Positions 1 through 12,185 of a stretch of DNA of 50,575 bases are shown here, one piece after another. The notes under the pieces are model-generated. The model did no database searches. It saw nothing but the letters and a program-made list of their open reading frames with translations, and had not been told where the DNA came from. The position numbers were made by a program, and so were the translations under genes. Every line of letters begins with the position of its first letter. Within the stretch, counting starts at the first letter, position 1. Source of the DNA: Octopus bimaculoides (taxonomy: Eukaryota); contig NC_068982.1 in assembly GCF_001194135.2 (NCBI RefSeq), positions 119,765,038-119,815,612 on the forward strand, given 5' to 3'.

Positions 1-33
<33 letters not shown>

Positions 34-72
34 CATACATACATACATATATAAGTATATATATATATATGT
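1..72. repeat. (TA)n/(TACA)n microsatellite
   Basis: Direct reading of tandem TA and TACA units. Confidence 0.95.
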
Positions 73-771
73 ATAAACACACAAACAAAATGTTATAAAT
101 ACATATACATTACTATGAACTATGACGGTCTATGTTTCTCACTTTGTCATTGAAAATGTTGTTATACATATCATAAGCGTATATTTACATATATATGTGG
201 GGATTTGTGGGTACTTATGACAGAATTTTTATATGACTGAATATGCTGCTAATCTTTGGGCAAATTATGAAAAGGAGAAATAAAAATAAGTGTCTAATTA
301 TCATACTATTCCCTTATCTTTACAATGCCCTCATCAGTTACAATTGTACAGAGGATATAAGCTAGGATTAAGTGTGAATCTTAAGTTTACAGTTTAACAT
401 GTGAGCGTAGCTCAATCAGTGAATGGACTTCTTCCAGAAGAAAGATCAAGCGGCGAAACATTTCTTAAGTTAACTTTTATGAGTTGCATGGGTAATGGAA
501 GAATAAAAACTACATCCATAGATTGATTAAATTGTTCGCTTAGGAAATTTGCGAAATTGATCAAAAACAAAAGTACCCGAGGACGGCCATATACTACATC
601 ACCTGGAACGTTTTAGCTGAAGTAAAAATGATGAGGTCATTAATCAGGATAAATAACATATATAATGCGTGTGCGTGTGAGTGTGTGCTCGCGTTTCGGG
701 CATATGTTCATGTGTAATTGTGTTTGTTAGCTAAAGTTCTGCGATGGCGAGTAATCTATTATATACATTCT

Positions 772-1203
772 TTATACTGAATAGTGAATAAAGACTTTCG
801 GGCTGAAGACCATGGCTGATTTCCTGAATCCTCTCGTTTGATACTCGTACCGAGGGTAAGTGCAAATTGCCGTTTTAACATAAACTCTATAAAAAAGACC
901 GCTATCAATCGGACCTGTTTCAGACGCACCTGTGATAACGAAAGCATTTTGGACATATTCGTCTTGTACCCTGACTTGTGGAACTTTCTCGAATAGATGC
1001 TATGGCTGTCGGAAAAATCCAGATATCAGTTGATTGCAATGTGAAGTTTGTCTTGCGCTTTCGTTTGGCCAGGAACTGTAAGCAGTTTCTATCTGCCAGA
1101 TGATGTCAACTAAAAATGGTGTTTGATGTACAAAACTAAAAATTGGTGAATAAAAACACCTAACTCTTTGGCGAAGCCCACACACTCTTTCTCCAGTTTC
1201 ACT
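772..1203 (-). other. Possible exon-like or pseudogenic reading frame of unknown product, interrupted by one TAG
   Basis: A polypyrimidine tract plus AG (ttctctccatccttatttttcttttag) precedes 1203 on the minus strand. The frame runs 143 codons to TAA at 774-772 with a single TAG at 1002-1000. No homology recognised. Confidence 0.2.
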
Positions 1204-3712
1204 CTAAAAGAAAAATAAGGATGGAGAGAAAATTTATCTTCCTGCATATTTTTTGAAAGGTGGATGAGAATGGCGAGCTTGGCCCGAGAAAATGATCCTA
1301 CCCTAAATATTCTCTTGTAGACTGGAAAAGAACAGCTGGGTGAAGGGACTTGCCTGAGTGGTCAAGGTGATTCAGGCTTTATAGAATTTCTACGATTCGC
1401 CTTCTCGAACCCCTTCCTACTTATTTTCTTTGTCTTAATTTCTTTTCTTTCTTATTTTTGCATGTGTTATGTCTCTTTACACTTTTCTCATTTAAACGCA
1501 CACTGTATCGTCTCGTACCGTCCTCAACCTTTCTTTTAACCTTTAGTGTCTAATACAGGAATCATAATTATAATTTTTTATTGTTGATGTTGGTTTTTGC
1601 AAAAGAAAATTATTTTCATAATAACTGTTGTAGTTCTTTATTCTTTGTTTCTTGTGAGGATAAAGTTTTTTGTAGCTCCCGATGTCTTCGAATATTCGTA
1701 TATTTTTACAGTCTCCTAAACGGATTTAAAATATTGTCTCTTTTTGATTACTACCTAAGGTATCCTTCAGCAAATGCAATATAATTTCCTTACCATTTTT
1801 TAATCTTATTTTTATTATTTTGTTGACTTTTGCTTTTCCTCTGTCACATCAAATATCAACTATACGCGGAACACCCACATAGTAAAGCAAACAGAATGCG
1901 TTTTGCAATCAGAAAAACTAAAGAAAATAAAGACTAAAAATGTACAATCACGCAGGCCAACAAGCGAAAAGCAAACAGTATTTGTGTGTAGTTTATTAGG
2001 ACTAACACACAAAATGTCAACGATAATGTTTGTAGTGGCAACATGAACAAGAATGCACACATGCCAAATCAAACAGCTTGCCAAATTATAATATAAATGA
2101 CACATCACATGGGGTTCCATGATACGGAACACTTTCTTTAAATAAAGTTCGATTTGAGAACATCAAATCACGTGTCACAACGTCTTTTTTCCGGAGTATT
2201 TGAAATAATAGTTGAAGCGTACACTTATTTATTTTTGCTAAAAAGAGAAGGCAGTGAAAAGCTTTCTATTGATCAGCAACTGGAAGTGGAATTTTTTATT
2301 CGTGATATTTTATTCATTTATTTATGTATCTGTGGAGATGAGGTGAACCGAGAGGAAAGGGTCGGTAACGTCAATGGCTGAGGGGCCCTACTGGGAGAAG
2401 AAGAGTGGGGAGGTCGCATGGGTGGAAGTAGGACCAGTGTGGGCCTCTTTTTCTTCTGGCAGTGGGAGCAGACGGACGCATGTTGACGTACGAACTAGAG
2501 AGGGAATTTGCCGTTAGGTTCTAGCGATAGGATAGGCAGGAAGGGTACTTTTCGGATGTAACCCAGTTGGCTAGTCGATGCTGCAACGGAGCCTCAGAGG
2601 TAGATGAATCGCACTTTGTTCATCCTACAGTATCTATTTATTTTTGTACAGAAATTATGAACTGCCCATAAAACCGCGCCCCAGTGTAAAGAGGAGTCAT
2701 ATGCAACATTGAAGTTTAGGAATATCGGTAATGATACCAACCTTGAGCTCACGGTGACATTCGTAACGCATTATGATAATATCCAGAGACATTATGAAGG
2801 GCGATATAAGGAAGTCCTCATTGCCTCTTACAACGTCCAGGACATTTTTGAACTTTGATCCGTTGCAGGTAAACAAACAAGAGCCGAGCCACTCGTATTA
2901 GAGAGCAAACTGCCAAAATATGATATATTTATTACACTTATTGTTGCATAGGCTTCTCGATCTTTCTTTTCACTTGGGTCTGTGTATGTGCATGTATGCA
3001 TTGTATGCATGTACGTATGTATGTATGTATGTATGTATGTATGTATGAATGTATGTATGTATATACGTACGTACGTATGTATATATGTCTGCATGCATGC
3101 ATGTATATATGTATGTATATATAAATGGCTTTTCTAATAATATTTCCTCTTTAATAATTATATATATATATATATNNNNNNNNNNNNNNNNNNNNNNNNN
3201 NNNNNNNNNNNNNNNNNNNNNNNNNNNNNNNNNNNNNNNNNNNNNNNNNNNNNNNNNNNNNNNNNNNNNNNNNNNNNNNNNNNNNNNNNNNNNNNNNNNN
3301 NNNNNNNNNNNNNNNNNNNNNNNNNNNNNNNNNNNNNNNNNNNNNNNNNNNNNNNNNNNNNNNNNNNNNNNNNNNNNNNNNNNNNNNNNNNNNNNNNNNN
3401 NNNNNNNNNNNNNNNNNNNNNNNNNNNNNNNNNNNNNNNNNNNNNNNNNNNNNNNNNNNNNNNNNNNNNNNNNNNNNNNNNNNNNNNNNCTGTAACTCAC
3501 ACGAAATGTGTTGAGTGCCTTTTAATAATCAGTTATAAACATCTAATTATAATTATAATTATTATTAAAGTGGAAAAATTATCGGAAAAGCCATTTCTAT
3601 TCATTTTTTTTTAAATATGTGCGTGTGTGTGTGCATATATATATATGTGTGTGTGTGTGCATATATATATGTGTGTGTGTGTGTGTGCATATATATATAT
3701 ATATATGTGTGT

Positions 3713-3744
<32 letters not shown>

Positions 3745-3779
3745 ATACACGCCTACCCAAATGAATTGACATCATTTCG

Positions 3780-4457
3780 TAGTCTACATAGCACGTTCTC
3801 GCTCAAATGATCTCAAGTTCTAACAAAAAATCGTTTTCATGGAGTGATTTTATTTGAGGGAAACGTGACCAGCGATGTGTATCTGCAAATGTTTCAGAAA
3901 TGGTTATCTGACGAGCTAATTGTAAATGAACATGAACACTTCAATTTTCAACAGGATGGGACTCCACTTCACTGACAGCTGACTGTGCGGGCTCATCGCA
4001 ATGAAAATCTACGCGGAAGAGTAATCGTGCGTACCAGTGATAATAACAATGTGTGTTTAAATGGCCACTACGTTCACCTGACTTGACACATAATGACTTT
4101 TTCCATGGGGCTATGTGAAAGAACTGGTCTGTCCTACGTCTTCCTAGAAGCCTAGAGGAACTCAAGCAGAGAATGACTGAGGTGCTATAAAATGTTACGC
4201 GAGACTAGTTACAGCGTGTTTGGCAGGAGCTGGGTTGCCAACTTTGTGTGTGTCGTATCACAGGCGATGCGCATACTGAACATTTGAGAAAATTTGTGAA
4301 ATCGGTTATAAAATCTACACACCTCTGAATCTCATGTTCGAATTTTGATAAATAAATATTTTATCGTTCAACATGAGAATTATTTATTTTTTGTTTGCCC
4401 AGGACTTGTAGTGACTCAGATATTCACATTTTAAATGATGTCAAATTTACACCGTGT
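3780..4457 (+). mobile_element. Degenerate Tc1/mariner-superfamily transposase 3' half, rosa/Visitor (DD41D)-related
   Basis: Translation across a frameshift and stops gives FEGNVTSDVYLQMF..FQQDGTPLH*QLTVRAH..W PLRSPDLTHNDFFPWGYVKELV..LPRSLEELKQRM..LQRVWQEL..CRITGDAHTEHL, matching the QQDGAPPH / WPPRSPDLTPxDFFLWGYVK / GAHIEHL motifs of this group. Confidence 0.8.
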
Positions 4458-5003
4458 GCATATATATNNNNNNNNNNNNNNNNNNNNNNNNNNNNNNNNN
4501 NNNNNNNNNNNNNNNNNNNNNNNNNNNNNNNNNNNNNNNNNNNNNNNNNNNNNNNNNNNNNNNNNNNNNNNNNNNNNNNNNNNNNNNNNNNNNNNNNNNN
4601 NNNNNNNNNNNNNNNNNNNNNNNNNNNNNNNNNNNNNNNNNNNNNNNNNNNNNNNNNNNNNNNNNNNNNNNNNNNNNNNNNNNNNNNNNNNNNNNNNNNN
4701 NNNNNNNNNNNNNNNNNNNNNNNNNNNNNNNNNNNNNNNNNNNNNNNNNNNNNNNNNNNNNNNNNNNNNNNNNNNNNNNNNNNNNNNNNNNNNNNNNNNN
4801 NNNNNNNNNNNNNNNNNNNNNNNNNNNNNNNNNNNNNNNNNNNNNNNNNNNNNNNNNNNNNNNNNNNNNNNNNNNNNNNNNNNNNNNNNNNNNNNNNNNN
4901 NNNNNNNNNNNNNNNNNNNNNNNNNNNNNNNNNNNNNNNNNNNNNNNNNNNNNNNNNNNNNNNNNNNNNNNNNNNNNNNNNNNNNNNNNNNNNNNNNNNN
5001 NNN

Positions 5004-5038
<35 letters not shown>

Positions 5039-5179
5039 TGTGTGTGTACGTGTGTGTGTTTGAAAGGACAAACGAAAGAAAGAGGCACTCAGCACAGTAG
5101 GAGTTAAATATTACTTAAAACAGTTTCGTAGAGCCGAATCAAACTGTTTTAAATAGCAACAACAACAACAATAATAATG

Positions 5180-5182
<3 letters not shown>

Positions 5183-5264
<82 letters not shown>
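5183..5264. repeat. (CA)n microsatellite
   Basis: About 40 AC units read directly. Confidence 0.95.
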
Positions 5265-5272
<8 letters not shown>

Positions 5273-5379
5273 ATACACATACATACACACACTCAAGCAC
5301 GTACACACGCGCACAGAAGATCGTTTCAATGCGACATATTAGCTATTGGAAGAGACCGAAAAAGTTTCCCTAGAACGAA

Positions 5380-5750
5380 GACGGGAAACATACGCAGTAA
5401 TATACATTTAGAAAATCCAAGAATAACTTGTAACAAACGTTGGCATTGTCAGTTATACAAGCAGCAGAATGGGGCGCCACTGCATAGTGCCAAAAATACC
5501 AACATTGCCATCAGGATATTGCAAACGCTTGGGTTTCAACTTCTCGATATCCTCCTACAGATTCAGAGAGACCTACAACTGGGTGGAGCTATGTGTCGTC
5601 AAAACAAGAGTTCAGGATGAAGCTACCTCTCGGCAAGAAACTTAGATGAGGGAACCAACCACAAACTCCTTCATTCAATACATGCCACACATCAGAGGAG
5701 GTTGACTGAAAGTGTAGCAAAGCAAACGGCATGCCCGCAGCTCTCGTGCT
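5380..5750 (+). mobile_element. Highly decayed Tc1/maT-like transposase remnant
   Basis: QQNGAPLHSAKNT at about 5464-5500 resembles the QQDGAP.H.AK.T motif. Downstream similarity (..KCSKANG) is weak. Confidence 0.35.
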
Positions 5751-5939
5751 GCAGTTAGAAATATATATATACATTCTCTCCAAATATATTTTTTCTCAAT
5801 TTGTTTTTATCGCTTTATCTTAGGCTGCTACAATCAGGCTATCTGTTTCTTTTTTTAATTGTTCCTTATTTAACCAAACCTATATGTCTACACGTGTCTT
5901 CAGTGGATCTCCAAGATTGGCCATGCAAAAGGGCAAAAG

Positions 5940-8625
5940 CTCGCTCGATCTCGATTTTCAGTACTTAAGAGTGTTGTATTTGTCAATTTTAACGCCTACT
6001 TCCTGACTATTCGTGGGTCGAATGACACGCAACATCAACTACATAGCAGCTGTTGTGCATCTTGTCGACCACCACTATGGTGTGCTTTAGCACCTGATTT
6101 GTTTGGATTGGAAAATCCCACAGGATTTTGAAAGTCTCTGACTCCACCACTCTCTGTAGTTTGTGCTCACATTACGTCTTGTCTCGCTCTCTCCCTCACC
6201 TCTCGCACAGTTGCTCGTGTAGAACGACGTGTAGTGGTTTTGGGAAAGTCTAGGGCATCCGTTCGTGATATGGACAATCGTTTCGTCCACTCTATTACAG
6301 ATGCGGCACAGTGCAGACATTCGATCATTCCTAAGGTTGACCCTCTAATTTGTGATAAAGCTTGGTCTTGCGCTGCACGTATAGTGTTCTCAGCCTTATC
6401 TTTTCTTTTTAGTGTTCCTTTCTTCAGCCAATCCTACCTATGTTTTCCAGTAATTTCTGATCTGGATACATGGAACTGATTATGTAGTCCCTTGTGGCGT
6501 AATGCATCTTCATATCCTTCTTGTATTTCCTTTGGTTTTCCTTCTTTTGTATCCTTTGTATACTCCCTCATTCCTAACTGACACTAGTAAGGTTTCCTTA
6601 CCTTGGGATAGGTATCTCATTAAGCGTTCGAGTCCGATACGTACGCAGTCTACCACATTTATCAGTCCCCTCCCTCCATTTGCTCTCTTCATGTATAGGC
6701 GACCGGTGTCTGCACGGGAATGATAGGCTCCATGTATTGTTGGAAGCTTTCTTGGTTTTCTATCCAACTCCTTTAACTCCTCTTCTGTTCACTCCAGGAT
6801 TCCAGCATCATACCACACTACTGCGACTGCGCGCGTGTTTGTTGCTGAGATCTTGTTTCTGGCATTCAGCTTTGAAGCCAGTATCTTTCTCACTCACCTG
6901 CAGGTACTCTTTCTTAGTCTTTTTCATATATCATTCTGTCTAATTCCATCTGCCTCAGGTATTTACAACTATACTAAGGCTGAATTGCCTTCATTTCACC
7001 ACTTCGAAAACATATGCCTTCTGTCCTAGCAAGCTTTCCTCGTCTCATCACGAATGCAACACATTTTGAGAGTCCAATCTCTACCTTAACATCATTAGAG
7101 AAAATTCGCACAGACTAGACCAGGCTGTCCATTTCCGCCTCACATTTTGTGAACAACTTCAAGCCGTCCATGAATAGAAAGGTGTTCAGTTTATCTTTAT
7201 ATCTTTCCATATCATACCCCAACTTTGTGTTCAGTAGTATTTCACTCAAGGAGATCATATCCAACACAGAGGTCAGTGTGGACACACTATTCCCATGGGA
7301 GGTTCCTCTCTTGATTTCCACCTCTCCTAATAGATAATTGTCTTTTGTCAATTCAATACTGCAACATTTCATACTGTTCCATATAAGTCTTCTCATGTTT
7401 TTTTGCTTCTCCTTGTATTTCCATCGCTCTTGTTATCCAGGAGTGTGGTATCATACACTTTGCTTTACGATAATAAATCCATGTTATGCTTTGGTTTGTG
7501 TCTTTTGTCTTCCAGTTTCTAATAATTAGATTACTAATTAACAGCTGATCTTTCGTTCCCCGCCTCCACGTTCGGCACATTTTCTATTCAGTATATAGCA
7601 GCCCACTTATTTTTAAGTATCTATACAGTTCACCAGCCAAAGCAACTGACAATAGTTTCCATATTAGTGTGAGGCATGTTCTTGGTCGAAAGCTGAATGC
7701 AACATTACCCTTTTCAGGATCCTTGGAACATAACAATGTCTTTCCCTTTGTCATCCAGCTGGATACTTCGCTTTCCTGTAAGCACCCATCTAGTTGTTGG
7801 GTTATCATTTCATGGAACCCGCTCAGCTTCTTCATCTAATAACCTCGGACCCCATCCGGTCTTGGGCTTTCCAGTTTGGGAATTTTCTTAACTGCTTTTT
7901 CATCATTTCTGAAGTTACTTTAATGTCTCTTGGCCTTCTATATTTCTTAACCCATGTTGGATATCATGCAACCATTTTGTTTCGTCATTATGCTTTATAG
8001 CTTGGTACCAGATTCCTCCCAGAATATCCAGCCTTCCTCTGCATCTCGTTTCATTGTTACGTGCAATTGCCCATCTAGTTCCTGAAACAGTTTCTACTGA
8101 TTTGCTTCAAACAATCTGTTTTGCCTGAACTGTTTTGTTCTATTGTCATATGTTTCCAGTTTTGCTTTGATTGCAACTACTCTTTGCTTCAGTTCTTCTA
8201 ATATCCTATCATACCCTTTATTTCTTATTCTATATGTTCTTTCCAGCATTATTCTTAGGCTTTTTTTTCTGCAATTTCCCTCTTTTCAGTCTATCAACTT
8301 CACCTAAATGTCTTTATCACTTTGTTTCTCAGAAATTCGTCTGCGCTAGTATAGTTCTTTACCTTCTGTTTGTTCTCTTCTTTTGTATTCAACTCAGAAA
8401 CCCAAATAGTCTTGTCAGTTTCGGTTATATTTCCTGTTTGGAATAGTCCAAAGACACTATCCTTCCGATTTCAACTTTGAGCTCGCATTGACCAACGTAC
8501 CTCAGATTTGGATTTGCTTGAACCTGCTCTTCTCTAATATATCAGCACATTATCCTCACTATGTCTGTTAACCATCCTTTTGTTCTTGTTGCACTTGGAT
8601 GGTCGGCTAACCGTTGCTCATTATG
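5940..8625 (-). mobile_element. R4/Dong-clade non-LTR retrotransposon, degenerate (RT, CCHC region, start of RLE domain), truncated at both ends
   Basis: Minus-strand ORF pieces: QRLADH..GWLTDI (N-terminal region), WMTKGKTLLCSKDPEKGN..RPRTCL, RGTKDQLLI..IPHSWI, KRGTSHGNSVS..FLFMDGLKLF (decayed FQGD and YMDD motifs), ADTGRLYMKRANGGRGL, CRICNRVDETIVHITNGCP, ILWDFPIQT. Confidence 0.9.

Positions 8626-8677
<52 letters not shown>
8622..8677. repeat. (TTA)n microsatellite
   Basis: Tandem ATT units between the Dong fragment and the SINE. Confidence 0.95.
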
Positions 8678-8890
8678 GGCGGTGAGTTGGCAGTTTCGTT
8701 AGCACTAAGAGCGAAATGCTTAGCGGTATTTCGCCGGCCGCTACTTTCTGAATTCAACTTCCGCTGAACTCGACTTGGCTTTTCACCTCTTTCGGGGTCG
8801 ATAAATTAATTACCAGTTGAACACTGGGGTCAATGTAATCGACACATCCCCACCCCCAAAATGGCTGTCTCTGTGGCAAAATTTGAAACC
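8678..8890 (+). mobile_element. tRNA-derived SINE with Nin/Deu-like central domain and (ATT)n tail
   Basis: A-box-like tggcagtttcgttag, B-box-like gaattcaacttcc, central ttttcacctctttcggggtcgataaattaattaccag, and an (ATT)n tail. Homologous copies at 37139-37290 and 37318-37526. Confidence 0.8.
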
Positions 8891-8897
8891 ATTATTA

Positions 8898-8928
<31 letters not shown>

Positions 8929-9106
8929 TATTAATAATAATATTAATATAAGTCTGTTAACCATTTGAACAACTGAGTGTTTGAATAATTGTTCACTCTC
9001 TCAATCAGCCATGAGATTTATCGAGTGATTGCCATTCAGCGACCTCATCAATGATATACGATCTCCCTCCCCCACTATGGTCTGTTGGGGATCAGACACG
9101 TCTGGG

Positions 9107-9142
<36 letters not shown>

Positions 9143-9204
9143 AATTTTTTTCTCTCTCCCTGTATTCTTTTTTCAGTCTCTCCTCTATTTTTATTCTTTT
9201 AACC

Positions 9205-9239
9205 TTTTCTATCGAAGAGCGTAGGCTCGAAATGTAAAA
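9205..9239 (+). ncRNA. Degenerate hammerhead-like motif in a probable Penelope-derived repeat (about 9140-9335)
   Basis: TTTT-CTATCGA-A-GAGC(GTAG)GCTC-GAAA-TGT-A-AAA. Stem II and GAAA are intact; the core differs from CTGANGA at two positions. Confidence 0.35.
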
Positions 9240-9433
9240 TATTTTCCCGTTCTTCCCGAGTATTAAACTGATACACTTTCTTGTAGTTCCTACACCTGTC
9301 TTCGTCTTTTGTTTTCTGTAAATTTGAAGAATTATACACACACAAGCACACACGCATATATATATACATACATATATATACATATGTATATATATATATC
9401 TTTCACTATATAATGTGTGTGTATATATATATA

Positions 9434-9465
<32 letters not shown>

Positions 9466-10380
9466 NNNNNNNNNNNNNNNNNNNNNNNNNNNNNNNNNNN
9501 NNNNNNNNNNNNNNNNNNNNNNNNNNNNNNNNNNNNNNNNNNNNNNNNNNNNNNNNNNNNNNNNNNNNNNNNNNNNNNNNNNNNNNNNNNNNNNNNNNNN
9601 NNNNNNNNNNNNNNNNNNNNNNNNNNNNNNNNNNNNNNNNNNNNNNNNNNNNNNNNNNNNNNNNNNNNNNNNNNNNNNNNNNNNNNNNNNNNTATATACA
9701 TATTCATATATATATACACGAATACATATTATATATATATTTTCATGTTTGTATGTAAGTATGTATGTATATATATGTATGTATTTGTGATGTGCGTGCA
9801 CACCGTTTTTCTCCTGAAAAGAATATTGTAAGATCTTTTTTTACATAGCATATTATAAACAACACTCCCGAATTTCGTTAAGTAATTTAACGCAAATCGA
9901 GGATCGTAACTTCCAATTTAATATTTTACATTTCTTTGACGGGCAGTGAATTTCAATCTAATATCCAACCGATTTGGTAACTTAGATTTCATTCAGTGGA
10001 CCAAAGTTATGTAGGGTATAATAGCTAGGATACTTCAATCCTTTACTCTGGCTAAATTTGTTTACAATAATCAGAAGGCATTGTGGTGTGTGTAACAAGT
10101 TATTTTAGTTTTTCATGCTACTTCTCATTGCATTTCTTTCACTTTTTATCTAAATGTACCTAACACGGTGCTACAACAAATTATAGACTCATGGTTATCG
10201 GTCTGCACACCCAAACACGAATATGAATATTACTTAAACTTAAACTGTCAATAAAAGCAATTCCTGGAGCATCAAGCGCATATTTATTTCAGTGTCTATA
10301 GATTGAAATAAATTTTATATACATAAGCACGTACATACATACGCATACGAATATGTATGTATATATAAAATTGCATATAC

Positions 10381-10415
<35 letters not shown>

Positions 10416-10659
10416 TGTGTGTATGTATGTATGTGTGTGTATGTATATGTATATGTGTAAATGTATATATGCAAGTATGTGTGTATATGAGCAAAAGAAA
10501 ATTACCATCTCCTATGTTCTTGCTTCCAGGCTTTCCTTCTACACACGGCAGCTCATTTTGACATGTCTTTATTGGTCGAAAGACATCTGTTGTTATGTTC
10601 TTATTCTATGAATTTGGAATCGTGTAACCTTTTTTACGTTGCTTTTCTTTTTTCTGTGT

Positions 10660-10698
<39 letters not shown>

Positions 10699-11213
10699 TC
10701 ATCGTTCGCATTGGCTTGCTTTCACCTCCAAAATTTAACGCTCTTAGCTTAGATTTCTTGGGCCTTTTAGATATGAATAGTCTGAAGTAAAACCTGAAGT
10801 GAAATTTGGAAGGAGGATATGGAAACTTCACTGATGAAAGAAGGATGCAAATGACCCATTCTCATTTATTTCTGTTCGTCATTTTGTTGTTCTTTCTGTC
10901 CATCTTTGTATCGTCTATCTGTCCGAAAATGTTATTGCCATCTGTTGCGTTCTTGTCCCAGTTTTNNNNNNNNNNNNNNNNNNNNNNNNNNNNNNNNNNN
11001 NNNNNNNNNNNNNNNNNNNNNNNNNNNNNNNNNNNNNNNNNNNNNNNNNNNNNNNNNNNNNNNNNNNNNNNNNNNNNNNNNNNNNNNNNNNNNNNNNNNN
11101 NNNNNNNNNNNNNNNNNNNNNNNNNNNNNNNNNNNNNNNNNNNNNNNNNNNNNNNNNNNNNNNNNNNNNNNNNNNNNNNNNNNNNNNNNNNNNNNNNNNN
11201 NNNNNNNNNNNNN

Positions 11214-11693
11214 TATATTCTACAAATGATAATAAGGAACAGGATATAATTAATTGTACATGTAGAGATGGGACCAAATGTAAATTTAATAATAAATGTG
11301 ATTTGAAGGATGTGATGTATAAATGTATACTGACTTTAATTGATGGGAATGAATTGAATGTTTATAATTTAAATAAGATTTACAAAGCATCAACTTCGAA
11401 ACAAATTAAATTACGTGTGGCTCAACACATGAATTCCTTGAAGAATAGAAATTTGATTAATTCTACTGGCCTTAGTAAATATATTTGGAAACTAAAATCT
11501 ATAAATATTAAGTACATTTTAAATTGGCAGATAGTTTGTAAGGCGAAATCTTATCGTATAGGTAGTAATTTTGTATGTTTTGTATTAATGAAGGGATTAT
11601 TATTACGGGGATATTATTAAATAACAATAATATTTTGATTACCTCCCATGATGAACGTAGAATTAAATGTAGACATAAATCTTATAAAACTCT
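11214..11693 (+). mobile_element. Penelope-like element 3' ORF remnant (GIY-YIG endonuclease)
   Basis: NCTCRDGTKCKFNNKCDLKDVMYKC..KLRVAQHMNSLKNRNLINSTGLSKYIWKLKSINIKYILNWQIVCKAKSY..C..KCRHK, a typical PLE GIY-YIG C-terminus. The 5' side is hidden by a gap. Confidence 0.85.
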
Positions 11694-11817
11694 CTGACGA
11701 AGCCTAGAGATATACCTAGGTTCCGTAATTGTATCTACAGATCTACAAGTCACTTAAAAGATGGAAATAACATATGGGGTACTGTGACCCCTTGACTGAA
11801 ACAGCGGTAAGAAATTT
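11686..11817 (+). ncRNA. Type I hammerhead ribozyme motif with extended (about 97 nt) stem II
   Basis: Stem I AAAACTCT/AGAAATTT (6 of 8 pairs), core CTGACGA 11694-11700, GAAA 11798-11801, stem III ACAGCGGT, GTA cleavage triplet (cut after 11809). Directly follows the PLE ORF end. Confidence 0.65.
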
Positions 11818-11869
11818 CTTTCTCCTTTCTCTTTTCCAAAATTTACTAGTACGTTACACATGGATTTAT

Positions 11870-12135
11870 ATATTATATGAACTGTTTAAAATAAATAAAT
11901 AGACATAATATAATGTCTAACAGCTGCTGAATACTAACACTGTATATATATGTACATATATGTATATATATGTACGTATATATATAATATATATAAATAT
12001 ACATATTTGCATATATATACATATATATACATATGCATATATACATAAACATATGTGTATACATATATATATATACATATATATAAACACACACCCATAT
12101 ATATATACGTATAAATGTATGCATATATATATATG

Positions 12136-12181
<46 letters not shown>
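11870..12181. repeat. Degenerate (TA)n/(TACA)n low-complexity tract
   Basis: Direct reading. Confidence 0.9.

Positions 12182-12185
<4 letters not shown>

Noticed and set aside
300-480. CTGATGA on the minus strand at 331-337 and CAGAAGA..GAAAC at about 434-460
   Set aside because: No pairing stem II or stem I partner, so not a hammerhead.
1860-2125. Possible short TIR pair (ggaacaccca / tggggttcc)
   Set aside because: The match is too short and imperfect, with no TSD or second copy.
10825-10900. CTGATGA at 10831
   Set aside because: No GAAA or helices at a suitable distance.
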